Notes: generated from the letters alone by a model not told the origin. A stretch of 29,009 nucleotides of DNA from a virus (IMGVR_UViG_3300005605_000014:1-29009); one strand, 5' to 3'; shown: positions 8,512-17,576, counted from the first letter of the stretch. A program made the numbers and translations.

Positions 8512-8940
8512 TTATTCGGTTGCTTCTACTTTCTTGCGACCAATATTATATTTACTTTCAAGAGTCCACTCTTCCTTCTCTTTAAAGGCAAGGACTTTAA
8601 TTTGGTTTATGGGTGCAACGTCTGAAATTAATTCAGGTTTAGATACTGCAATTAATCCCCAATCAGAAAGTAGTTGGACAATTCTGTTTCTACGTTGAGT
8701 ATCATTCAACGATAAGTTAGTCTTCTTTCCATCCAAAGCAAACAACTCTTTGAAATGAACAATATAATATTTTCCTTGCTTATGCAGAATATGGCAGGAT
8801 TGATAGATAATCCTTTCTTTCCTAGATGCCACTCCGATACGAGTAAGAGTCTCACGAACCTTCAAAAAATCATCAGGTTCATTAAGAGTCACTTCAATCA
8901 TATCAGATTGATTCCACTTAACTTCAATGTCAGTTGTCAT
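8512..8940 (-). CDS. regA: Translational repressor RegA
   Basis: EPDDFLKVRETLTRIGVAS, YQSCHILHKQGKYYIVHFKELFALDG, RRNRIVQLLSDWGL. Confidence 0.97.
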   Translation of the reverse strand: MTTDIEVKWNQSDMIEVTLNEPDDFLKVRETLTRIGVASRKERIIYQSCHILHKQGKYYIVHFKELFALDGKKTNLSLNDTQRRNRIVQLLSDWGLIAVSKPELISDVAPINQIKVLAFKEKEEWTLESKYNIGRKKVEATE

Positions 8941-9323
8941 CGTCTACCACCTTTATTTACTAAGCGTTTAATCTCTTCAAGTTGCTCATTAGTTAAAATC
9001 ATTAACGCTTGCAAAGCTTTATCGGTGCTATACCCATAATATTCTTTGACTGCATCAAGACAATCAATTGAAGACTTTTTTTCCCAAGGCGAGAATCTCT
9101 TTCTTGGAGTGATACTATTTATAAAAAAGTCATACTGCATCTTCTTGTCTAGATGAGAATTCATATTCATTTCATTCGCATACAGTACTGTATCTAAAAA
9201 TCCAGACAGACACTTATTTACAATGAAAGGTGGATATGACTTAACATCCTCCTCTGTATCATACAGATGCTTCTTCGACTGATTAATTGTGTAGAGAATC
9301 TGGGAGAGAGTTGGTGCAGTCAT
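8937..9323 (-). CDS. gp62: Clamp loader small subunit (gp62)
   Basis: YPPFIVNKCLS, ANEMN, QYDFFINSITPRKRFSPW, VKEYYGYS; directly upstream of regA. Confidence 0.93.
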   Translation of the reverse strand: MTAPTLSQILYTINQSKKHLYDTEEDVKSYPPFIVNKCLSGFLDTVLYANEMNMNSHLDKKMQYDFFINSITPRKRFSPWEKKSSIDCLDAVKEYYGYSTDKALQALMILTNEQLEEIKRLVNKGGRR

Positions 9324-10140
9324 AATTAAATAATACTAATTCTTTTCTTTCATTCTGGTCTTTCATGTAGTCGCCTACAGACCTCATGGTGTAGGTGAGG
9401 TTGAATTCTCCTGCTCTCCACCCTTCAAACCTCTCACGAATAAGTTGAGACGAGTTATAAGATATAAGTTGATTACCAGCAAACCTATCACAGTCGCTAG
9501 CAAAGGTGTCATGACAGAAGGACTTGTGCATATCGCCCCGCCTTCCATAGAGGTTATCTCTAATATCATATGGGGGGTCGAGGTATGTGAATACGTCTCG
9601 GTTATCTGTGAGGAGCTCTTCATAAGATAGATTAGTAATTTTCCAATTTTCAATCAGTCCCGAATATCCAGTGAGTTTATCAATTCCACGCATTGAGAAA
9701 TTGCTTTCTGACGCTTGTTTGCTGAAGGATGAGGATTCAGTGAGACCAGAAAAAGAGCACTTGTTAACAATGTAGAAACTACAAGCGCGACGTAAATTGG
9801 ATATGGAATCTTCATTAATAATCTCCTTTGATTCTAGAAAAAGATTTTTAGCAGTGTCTGGAGTTGGGTTATCAATCTTACATTGTCTCAGTTGCTCAGC
9901 AAGTGCCTGACCATTATATTGCAACTCTTTCCAAAAGTTGTAAAGAGGTCCATACAAATCATTCACCCAGATATCTAGGTGAGGATGTTGCTTTGTCACA
10001 TATAGTGCAACACTACCACCACCAAGGAATGGCTCACGATACTCTTTATATTGTTTCATGTCTGGCATATACTGTGCCAATTTTACACAGGCGCGAGACT
10101 TGCCACCTGGGTAGCGTAAGGGTGTTTTAAAAGATTTCAT
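9283..10140 (-). CDS. dam: DNA adenine (N6) methyltransferase, Dam/D12 class
   Basis: PLRYPGGKS, motif I YREPFLGGGSV, VNDL, motif IV YLDPPY, ISYN. Target sequence not determinable from sequence alone. Confidence 0.9.
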   Translation of the reverse strand: MKSFKTPLRYPGGKSRACVKLAQYMPDMKQYKEYREPFLGGGSVALYVTKQHPHLDIWVNDLYGPLYNFWKELQYNGQALAEQLRQCKIDNPTPDTAKNLFLESKEIINEDSISNLRRACSFYIVNKCSFSGLTESSSFSKQASESNFSMRGIDKLTGYSGLIENWKITNLSYEELLTDNRDVFTYLDPPYDIRDNLYGRRGDMHKSFCHDTFASDCDRFAGNQLISYNSSQLIRERFEGWRAGEFNLTYTMRSVGDYMKDQNERKELVLFNYDCTNSLPDSLHN

Positions 10141-11078
10141 TTGAATTTACACTCCACCATCAATTCAGTAAGACATGCCAAGAGATTGATTTCCTGGTCA
10201 GCAACAAAAGCAACCTGATACTGATACTTAGCAAGCACCAAGACAGCAGGAGGAATCGTAGACCCTTCAATAAAGTCAATCAGATTATCATACACTTTAC
10301 GCATAATAATATTAGGGTCACTATCCATATTGTTTACTACCCACTTACGCACCGTAGTAAACTCTTTATTCTTCATCGCACGAATCAATTCATCTAGATT
10401 GACATCTGCAATATCACACAGCACAGCAGAATCCAGAGACCCACCTGCAGAGTGACGCTGTGCCTCATTCAAGAGACGACGCCAGTCAGGGTAGTAACGC
10501 TGAATAAGTTTGACTACGACTTTATCCTCATAGGTCACCCCAGAGGCGTCTAGGATGCCCTTCAAGCGGTCGAAGAATAGCACTTGGAGTTTCTGCTGCT
10601 CTGCCTGTTTAATACGGAAATCAACCACCGTGCAGCGTGAGTGCAACGGCTCAATAATTTTATTGATGAAGTTACAAGTAAAGATGAATCGACAATTACT
10701 ATGATACTCTTCCACAAAAGTGCGAAGAGATAATTGCACGTCATGTGTAGTGTTATCTGCCTCATCAATAATAACCACCTTATGAGCACCACCACCAACC
10801 AAAGATTTAGTAGTAGCAAAGTTACGGACTTTAGTGCGAATGGTATCCAGGAAGCGACCTTCATCACTACCATTGATAACAATATAACTAAGACCTAACT
10901 CTTCACATAGTGATTTAGCAACCGTAGTCTTTCCAACTCCAGGAGGACCAGAGAGCATGAGATTTGCAATCTCTCCCTGCTCAACAAATCCAGTAAATAC
11001 TTTCTTCAAAGAAGAAGGGAGAATACAGTCCTCAATTGTATGAGGACGATACTTCTCTACCCACAAAAAATCATTCAT
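10137..11078 (-). CDS. gp44: Clamp loader ATPase subunit (gp44)
   Basis: Start adjusted to MNDFLWVEKYRP at 11078; GPPGVGKT, IIDEAD, PLHSRC. Confidence 0.96.
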   Translation of the reverse strand: MNDFLWVEKYRPHTIEDCILPSSLKKVFTGFVEQGEIANLMLSGPPGVGKTTVAKSLCEELGLSYIVINGSDEGRFLDTIRTKVRNFATTKSLVGGGAHKVVIIDEADNTTHDVQLSLRTFVEEYHSNCRFIFTCNFINKIIEPLHSRCTVVDFRIKQAEQQKLQVLFFDRLKGILDASGVTYEDKVVVKLIQRYYPDWRRLLNEAQRHSAGGSLDSAVLCDIADVNLDELIRAMKNKEFTTVRKWVVNNMDSDPNIIMRKVYDNLIDFIEGSTIPPAVLVLAKYQYQVAFVADQEINLLACLTELMVECKFK

Positions 11079-11412
11079 TATAAAAAGGTCGAGTAAAAAT
11101 TTCGGATACAATATCTGTTGCACCCAGTGCTTCATACATGTATGTGGCACCAGCTCGTGGATTTGTATGGTCTCCACAAGTAAATACATCACATACTGCC
11201 ATACCATTCTCTGGCCAGGTATGGATGCTGATATGAGATTCAGCAAGAAGTGCCACAGCAGTTACCCCATAAGGGTCAAACTTGTGGGAAGATACATCTA
11301 GTAAAGTACTCAGAGATATTGTAGCAGCATTGGTAAGCACGTTACGAATATGTGCCTCATCATCACAAAGTGAAAAGGGACAACCTCTCAGAGTAAACAA
11401 GATGTGCTTCAA
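11071..11412 (-). CDS. speD: Pyruvoyl-dependent S-adenosylmethionine decarboxylase proenzyme (class 1B)
   Basis: HKFDPYGVTAVALLAESHISIHTWPE...DVFTCG with E|S self-cleavage site. Confidence 0.9.
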   Translation of the reverse strand: MKHILFTLRGCPFSLCDDEAHIRNVLTNAATISLSTLLDVSSHKFDPYGVTAVALLAESHISIHTWPENGMAVCDVFTCGDHTNPRAGATYMYEALGATDIVSEIFTRPFYNE

Positions 11413-12071
11413 GGTTCTAGTGCAACATAATAACTCAAATCGATATCAGTATGTTTCCACTCAGTAATGAGATGTTTAGAAGCACCAACAGTATAGTCAC
11501 CTTGCATGAGACGAAGATTCTCAACCTTTAGGTGGAGGTTATGATTACCTTCAAAGTCACCCTTTACTGTCACATCATAGACGTGAGAAGTATCATTCTC
11601 AAGGTCACAGACAGAAAGAAGAATCTCATTGTCTGTGCTGATTACAAAGTCAGGAAGTTTATAAACATTAGATGCTTTGTTGAGTGACGACAAGTCACTA
11701 GCAAACAAAGAGAAGGTAACATCAGACCCAGGATAATTTACCTTCTTATCAGGTGCAGTCTTGAGAGTAATTTCAGGGTCACTGAAATAGTATTTCACAC
11801 GAGAGCGACCAGACTTGATAATCAAGTAATCATCATTGTCAAACACTAGACTAGGATTCTCAAACAGAGAAAGACCTGCTAGGAATTGATTCAAGTCATA
11901 GATAGCAAACGTTTGTGGAAACACTTCTTCCACCTTAGCAGTAGCGAGAATGTTTTCCTCATTACTAATAGTGCGAAGGACGTTACCCTCTTTGATTACA
12001 ATCGATGTATTGATTGTAGAGAAATTCTTAAGGATTTCAATTGTGGTCTTTGAAAGGGCAATGTTACTCAT
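11409..12071 (-). CDS. gp45: Sliding clamp (gp45)
   Basis: LSKTTIEILKNFSTINTSI, FAIYDLNQFL, YYVALE C-terminus. Confidence 0.96.
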   Translation of the reverse strand: MSNIALSKTTIEILKNFSTINTSIVIKEGNVLRTISNEENILATAKVEEVFPQTFAIYDLNQFLAGLSLFENPSLVFDNDDYLIIKSGRSRVKYYFSDPEITLKTAPDKKVNYPGSDVTFSLFASDLSSLNKASNVYKLPDFVISTDNEILLSVCDLENDTSHVYDVTVKGDFEGNHNLHLKVENLRLMQGDYTVGASKHLITEWKHTDIDLSYYVALEP

Positions 12072-12364
12072 TGGTTGTAGTCTTCACGTTGTGCATTTTT
12101 ATCATTGAAGTGCAGTAGCAGGACTGCATAGTGGAGAATCTTGATAAGGTCTCGGCGGGCAGTGCCCTTCTTATCATACCGAGAAGCGTACTTCAAGATG
12201 TTACTTCTACAGAATGCTTCCCCATCACCACATGCTTCAATAAGGTCGAGGGTTTGGATTTTGTCAGTGCCAGTAGAATAGTGCTGGTTGTAAGTTGAAG
12301 TAATGTATTCCTTCAACTCATTGAGGATTTCTTCCTCATTGTACTTCCAGTGGTGTGGATTCAT
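12068..12364 (-). CDS. DUF3310-like hypothetical protein (~98 aa)
   Basis: Start MNPHHWKYNE at 12364; QHY...IQTLDLI...AFCRSNILKYASRYDKKG...DLIKILHY. Confidence 0.75.
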   Translation of the reverse strand: MNPHHWKYNEEEILNELKEYITSTYNQHYSTGTDKIQTLDLIEACGDGEAFCRSNILKYASRYDKKGTARRDLIKILHYAVLLLHFNDKNAQREDYNQ

Positions 12365-12560
12365 AATTAATAACGTGGTCAATACTGTCAATATAACATG
12401 TCCCTGGAGCATAGTCAATAGCCTGCTGGTCCAGATATTGGTGTCCAATATAGCAGGGCACTGGTTTGTTGCCAAAGCTTTGATTAATTTTACACTTAAT
12501 CAAAAAAATACCCCCATCTTTTTTACGGACGAGGGTGTGGCGAGGAAGGTCATCATACAT
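12336..12560 (-). CDS. Small hypothetical protein (~74 aa)
   Basis: Start MYDDLPRH at 12560 overlaps the AAA gene end; fills the gap to the next gene. Confidence 0.6.
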   Translation of the reverse strand: MYDDLPRHTLVRKKDGGIFLIKCKINQSFGNKPVPCYIGHQYLDQQAIDYAPGTCYIDSIDHVINYESTPLEVQ

Positions 12561-13602
12561 CAGTTTCAGTAACAGATGCATCTATCTTAGCATACAATTC
12601 AAGGAATGACGACTTTGTTTCATCATCGAAACGATTGACACAAACTTCAATTGCTTTGCTGCGCTTCTTGAAGATAGAGAATGCACGGATAATATGCACC
12701 AGGCGACGGGTGGAGATGATTTCATCCACGCCACCATCGTAGAAGGTCTTACGAATAATCTCACCCCAAGCAACCAAGCGGTCAACAAAGTCAGCATCAT
12801 AGCAGTCAAGTTGCTCAGCAACCTTACGCAGGATGTCAGACTCTACCTTTGCAGTAGGATATGACTGCTCAAAGGTGATTGGGAATCGCTCAAGGAATGC
12901 TTCATTAAGAATATTGGTGCCAATAAAACGACCGTCATCGCTGCCTTTACCTTTAGTATTTGCAGTTGCAACAACATTGAATCCTACCGCAGGTCTGACA
13001 AACCTACCGATTTTTTTGAGGAACAACCCTTTACCTTCAAGTATGGGTTGGAGGCATAGGATTTTGTTACTAGCCAAGTCAATCTCATCGAGTAGCAAGA
13101 TTGCTCCTCGTTCAAGTGCTTCAATGACAGGTCCGTTATGCCAAACAGTTGCCCCATCCACAAGGCGAAACCCACCAATAAGATCGTCTTCATCAGTTTC
13201 AATAGTAATGTTTACACGAATAAGTTCTCTACCCAATTGAGCACATGCTTGCTCTACACCAAAGGTCTTACCATTACCTGATAGACCAGTAATGAAGACA
13301 GGGTAGAATAGACGGGACTGAATAATTTTTTTAACATCACTGAAACTGCCAAAGCTGACGAAGGTATCATCTTTCTCGGGGATAAGGTTTTCTTTCACAG
13401 GAGATTGAATAGACTGCTCAAGTTGCTCAACAATAGTGAGATTCCACTGACCGCGACCAGTTTTGTATTGGTCAATTTTTTTAGTTACAGTTTGATAGGT
13501 AACATCTTGTCCAACACACCAGTCATGAATATTAGATGCATTGATGATGTTGCCATAGAGGTCAGCGAGAGATGCGCTGATAAATTCAGCAGAGAGTGCC
13601 AT
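12553..13602 (-). CDS. cobS: MoxR-family AAA+ ATPase (usually annotated 'CobS')
   Basis: GLSGNGKT, RVNITIETDEDDLIGG, LLLDEID, ATANTKGKG, LNEAFLERF, ISTRRL. Start adjusted to MALSAE at 13602. Confidence 0.9.
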   Translation of the reverse strand: MALSAEFISASLADLYGNIINASNIHDWCVGQDVTYQTVTKKIDQYKTGRGQWNLTIVEQLEQSIQSPVKENLIPEKDDTFVSFGSFSDVKKIIQSRLFYPVFITGLSGNGKTFGVEQACAQLGRELIRVNITIETDEDDLIGGFRLVDGATVWHNGPVIEALERGAILLLDEIDLASNKILCLQPILEGKGLFLKKIGRFVRPAVGFNVVATANTKGKGSDDGRFIGTNILNEAFLERFPITFEQSYPTAKVESDILRKVAEQLDCYDADFVDRLVAWGEIIRKTFYDGGVDEIISTRRLVHIIRAFSIFKKRSKAIEVCVNRFDDETKSSFLELYAKIDASVTETDV

Positions 13603-13626
13603 TGAGTGCCTTTCGTTGATGTAGTT

Positions 13627-13682
13627 ATTATAGAGCAAGTTGGAGATTATTTATGTCCAGTGAGGACAGTGCCTCAACTGAC
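13627..13682 (-). promoter_or_regulatory. Promoter region for the AAA gene: -10 TATAAT, late box CATAAATA, inverted repeats
   Basis: TATAAT 13632-13627; CATAAATA 13655-13648; TGTCC-N5-GGACA 13654-13668; CAGT-N6-ACTG 13667-13680. Confidence 0.55.
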
Positions 13683-15788
13683 CATGGTTGCAAAAGAAGA
13701 GAGCATCTTCTTATTGACTCCCTTCTTGACGAGGGACTTCTTGAATGCATTCTTGATTTGAGTTTTAGTAGCATCATCTGGGACATCGATGCCAGTGTCG
13801 TCATCATGTAGGTCATTAGCAGACATGAAATACATCATTTGATAACCATTAAATTCTGGCACTGCAGCAGTCTTCTCTTTCTTCCACTGCCTCTGGACTT
13901 TCTCGTAAGAAGTATCGCACTTACCACATGCCATAGCAGTGTTGAGAGCACGACCGTTGAGAAGACGAATACCAATCAAGTTGATATCAGGAAACCTATT
14001 GCGGACAGCATCAAGAAAGGTGCTGGTGGTCAGGTCGCCGCTGCTGTAATAACCACCATCAAAGGCAGGGTAGACGCGACCAGTCTTACGGTCACGCAGG
14101 ACACAATCATGCTCAATGGGACGACGACCCATCTTATCTTCACCACCATAGTGCAACTTACGATTGTAAGAGATTGACTGTGCCTCACCATCAGAGAGAA
14201 TCACAACGTTAGTTTTCTGGACTTTGTTGCGCTTAAGGAAGTCAGGGATGATAGCAGTCAGAGAGATTGCTGCCTCATTAAGAGGAGTGCCAGAGAGACC
14301 ATATCCAACAGGATTCCTGTAACCACAATACATGACGTTACCACCAACAATACGCCAGAAGTTTTTCAATTGCTTCCCAAGATTCTTGCCACTCTTTCCA
14401 TCAAAGGAAACCATATTTAGCATACGGAAGTTTGATTGAATTTCGATATATCCATCAACTTGGTCATGGTGAGGAGGAGAAGTTTCGTAAAGCTTATCGC
14501 GATAGTTGAAGATACGGTCAACCCAATAGTTGTTAGTGAATGCATAGACATCAAAAGGAATTTGACACTTCTTACAAAACCATGCGATATTGAAAAGTTG
14601 CTTGACAGTATTCCGAAGAATTCCACCCATAGACCCAGACCAATCAAGCACGAAAATCAGTCCATGATTCTTACCATCGGGGACAACGCTAATCTTTTTG
14701 AAAAGGTCTTCATTCCATTTGAAAGTATGAAGTTTAGATGTGTCGAGCACACCAGTTTTTGCAGTGGTGGCGCGAGCATACTGGTCTGCAGACTTCTTCA
14801 TCTCAAACTCTTTGACCAGATAGTTGACTTCTTTCTGTGCTTCTTTGCGAAACTTCATGTAATCATCATCAGCATAATCAAAACTACCAGCAGCTTGCTC
14901 AGCGTAACATTCCTCACAATCTTTCATGACAGTCTTGTTAGAGACAACAAAGGTCTCAATATCAAGAGGTGGCATCTCAACATAATGAGTTTCACCATAT
15001 TCTTTAGAAGTCAAGTCTTTAGCAGACTCATTAAATGCAGCGTCAGTCTCGGACTTAAATTCACCACCAAGGTCTCCTGCTCCAGTAGTAGGAGTGCCCT
15101 CACTACCAGTCTCCTCAGCATCAGCACTCTCACGACGTGCTGCTTCCTCAATCATTTCTTCATGAGTCATGGAGTCACCATCCTGTGCCATGGGAGAAGG
15201 ATTGCCCATCTCTTCAGCGTCAGGAATATAAGCAACCTTATCCATTTCCCCCTCTTTGGTGTATGCCAAGATGCGACGAGTTGCTTCCACAACATCCTCA
15301 AAGGTCTCAGCATCAGCAACCAAGTCAACCAACTCCATCTCTTCTGCAGAGAATGGCATGGGAGAATAGGCACCAATCTTGAAATGGAGATTGATACGGT
15401 CAATCAGAGTATAAGATTCAAGGTCACGTCCACCAATACCAAAAAAATCGTCGTCATGCAACTCTCTATATCCCGTATAGAAGTTACGAGACAGACCAGG
15501 AAACTTGCGCTTCATCAGTTTCTCGATACGAGCATCCTCAACCACATTGATGTAGCTCTGAGGGACACCATAGTCATGTCCAAACTTCTGTGGTGTGTAG
15601 AGAGCATGACCGACCTCATGACCCACCAGCATGTCATATACATCAGCACTCGCTGCTTTCCACATAGGCAAGGTCAACACACGGTCAACAACGTTAAACA
15701 TGGCAGTCTCTACGTTACGGTGCTCCACTACCAAATTCTCGGTAGCGAGCAGGCGAGCTAGATTTCCTTTGACTTCCAGGTTGAGCAT
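13674..15788 (-). CDS. Zincin-like metallopeptidase domain + acidic linker + vWA (MIDAS) domain protein, CobT-like
   Basis: HEVGH...NVVEDARIE; acidic low-complexity middle; FVLDWSGSM (DxSxS), SGTPL, VILSDGEA. Confidence 0.88.
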   Translation of the reverse strand: MLNLEVKGNLARLLATENLVVEHRNVETAMFNVVDRVLTLPMWKAASADVYDMLVGHEVGHALYTPQKFGHDYGVPQSYINVVEDARIEKLMKRKFPGLSRNFYTGYRELHDDDFFGIGGRDLESYTLIDRINLHFKIGAYSPMPFSAEEMELVDLVADAETFEDVVEATRRILAYTKEGEMDKVAYIPDAEEMGNPSPMAQDGDSMTHEEMIEEAARRESADAEETGSEGTPTTGAGDLGGEFKSETDAAFNESAKDLTSKEYGETHYVEMPPLDIETFVVSNKTVMKDCEECYAEQAAGSFDYADDDYMKFRKEAQKEVNYLVKEFEMKKSADQYARATTAKTGVLDTSKLHTFKWNEDLFKKISVVPDGKNHGLIFVLDWSGSMGGILRNTVKQLFNIAWFCKKCQIPFDVYAFTNNYWVDRIFNYRDKLYETSPPHHDQVDGYIEIQSNFRMLNMVSFDGKSGKNLGKQLKNFWRIVGGNVMYCGYRNPVGYGLSGTPLNEAAISLTAIIPDFLKRNKVQKTNVVILSDGEAQSISYNRKLHYGGEDKMGRRPIEHDCVLRDRKTGRVYPAFDGGYYSSGDLTTSTFLDAVRNRFPDINLIGIRLLNGRALNTAMACGKCDTSYEKVQRQWKKEKTAAVPEFNGYQMMYFMSANDLHDDDTGIDVPDDATKTQIKNAFKKSLVKKGVNKKMLSSFATMVS

Positions 15789-15811
15789 CAGTCTCTTGCG
15801 TTTATAGACCT

Positions 15812-15845
15812 ATAATACAATGGGGGTCGCCGCTAAGCAACCCCC
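15812..15845 (-). promoter_or_regulatory. Hairpin after gp46 overlapping a sigma70-type promoter for the vWA gene
   Basis: GGGGGTTGC-TTAGCG-GCGACCCCC stem (15845-15822); TTGCTT (15840-15835)-N17-TATTAT (15817-15812). Confidence 0.6.
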
Positions 15846-15851
15846 TATAAG

Positions 15852-17576
15852 TTATGTTGTTGTTTCTTCTGTGACGTATGAGAAATTCTTATGCTTCTCA
15901 AATCGCAGACATCGGTCAAATTTATCTGCCATATTGTCACGGTGTGAAATGACAAATACATTTGTCTTGTCATCAAACGTTTTTAGAATCCAACCAAGGT
16001 CACTGTTACCAGATTGGTCAAGAGACCCATCAAAAATTTCATCTAGTATAAGGAGGTTAGTATCCACAGAATTCTTGAGCTTAGCAATAGAACGCCAAGT
16101 AAGCAACAAAGCGATATCAATACGAGCTTTCTCTCCTTCGCTAAAACTTTCATAACTAAACTCATCTCTATAACGTGATTTAATTACTTCGGAAAAATTT
16201 TCATCAAGCATAAAACTTGAGGAGAATTCCATTTTATCTAGATACTCATTAATGAGTTTATTCATCGTCGGGAGGTATTTTTTGATGATGCGCGTTTTGA
16301 TGCCCGAGTCTTTAAGAAGTTGCGTTGCTGTGGTGAAACAATCTTTTTCCTCTTTGGTTTTCGAGATGACTTCTTGTATCTCTTTGCTTTTGTTATCGAG
16401 GGATTTAAGAATTGAAAACTGCTCCCGTTGATTGACATCCGTATCCCTAAGTTTTCTGATGTCTCGGTCCAAGTCTTCAATTCGTCTATGAAGTGAGTTA
16501 ATGTCATTCTTTAATTGTCTATTCTTTGAATTGATATTGTTGATTTCATCAATTAAAAGAATAAAGTAATCCTCTTGACTTTGGAGATCGGAAAGTTGCT
16601 GTCCCAAATCAAACATTGCTTTCTCCACCTCAGCAAGTTTATCCGAGAGAAGCGAGACCTTCTCATGTTTGAAATGCTCCTCAATTCCCTGACCGCATGT
16701 CGGACAAGAATCATTTTCTTCAAAGAATAATTTCTCTTTTGTGTATGAGTTTTTTTTAGTTGAGATTTTATTCTTGAGTGTTTCGATTTTAGATATCGTC
16801 TTTTTAATTTTCTGCGTGTCTGCCATGGCAGAGCTCTTAGTGTCGATTTCCTTGTCGTTATTGAGTATCTCAGTTTCATAACCTAAAGCCTCTGTTAAGA
16901 ATTGCTCCTTACGAGATTCCTTTTCCTGGATGTCTTCTTTATTCTTCTTTTCAATGTCGAGCATAAACGTCTTCTGCATGTCAATTTTCTCTTTGACAAG
17001 GGACAGTTTATATTCGTGGTCTTTTAATTCATCATTAATGTTTCTGATTTTATCTTTCAGGTTGACATTCATTGATGAGAAAATTTGAATGTCTAGAATG
17101 TCTTCAATGATATCTCTTCGTGCTGCCAGCGGCAATCTCATAAAAGGCACAAAAGTAGATGACCCTAATACAACAATCTGAGTGAAAGATTTATAATTCA
17201 TTTTGAGAATGGTTTGCTCAAAATTTTTCTGCTGGTCATTAACAGACGAGTCTTGATTTAATGCTACACCATTCTGCTTTACTTCAAATAACGAAGGTTT
17301 GATACCTCTCGTCACTTCATATTTATTCCTACCAATATTGAAGTTAAGATTAACAAAACACTCACCCTGATTAATGGAGTTAAGAAGTTGAGGTTTGTTA
17401 ATTTTACGAAAGGGTTTTCCAAACAACGCGAAGGTGAGTGCGTCTAGGATTGTAGATTTACCAGCACCATTAGCTCCAACAATGATAGTGCTCTTCTCTT
17501 GCGCTAGATTAACTTCAGTAAACTGGTTGCCAGTGCTAAGAAAATTTTTCCACTTTAGGTTTTCAAAAATAATCAT
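15852..17576 (-). CDS. gp46: Recombination nuclease ATPase subunit (gp46, Rad50/SbcC-like)
   Basis: GANGAGKS, coiled coils, zinc hook CPTC, FSEGE signature, ILDEIFDGSLD, ISH. Confidence 0.96.
   Translation of the reverse strand: MIIFENLKWKNFLSTGNQFTEVNLAQEKSTIIVGANGAGKSTILDALTFALFGKPFRKINKPQLLNSINQGECFVNLNFNIGRNKYEVTRGIKPSLFEVKQNGVALNQDSSVNDQQKNFEQTILKMNYKSFTQIVVLGSSTFVPFMRLPLAARRDIIEDILDIQIFSSMNVNLKDKIRNINDELKDHEYKLSLVKEKIDMQKTFMLDIEKKNKEDIQEKESRKEQFLTEALGYETEILNNDKEIDTKSSAMADTQKIKKTISKIETLKNKISTKKNSYTKEKLFFEENDSCPTCGQGIEEHFKHEKVSLLSDKLAEVEKAMFDLGQQLSDLQSQEDYFILLIDEINNINSKNRQLKNDINSLHRRIEDLDRDIRKLRDTDVNQREQFSILKSLDNKSKEIQEVISKTKEEKDCFTTATQLLKDSGIKTRIIKKYLPTMNKLINEYLDKMEFSSSFMLDENFSEVIKSRYRDEFSYESFSEGEKARIDIALLLTWRSIAKLKNSVDTNLLILDEIFDGSLDQSGNSDLGWILKTFDDKTNVFVISHRDNMADKFDRCLRFEKHKNFSYVTEETTT

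Noticed and set aside
10137-11246. ORF-track N-terminal extensions of gp44 (also gp43, hsp20, gp55, cobS, gp41, DUF3310-like)
   Set aside because: The extensions overlap upstream genes or regulatory DNA. Downstream ATGs match family N-termini and RBS positions.
14436-15761. 441-aa plus-strand ORF antisense to the vWA gene
   Set aside because: It is in exact codon register with the minus-strand gene, so its openness follows from local absence of TTA/CTA/TCA codons. It has no motifs or obvious RBS and an atypical composition.
15826-15833. 8-nt complementarity between the candidate sRNA seed (GUCGCCGC) and the hairpin upstream of the vWA gene
   Set aside because: Only 8 bp and it does not extend. 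The same 8-mer also occurs at 14034-14041, so chance is not excluded.
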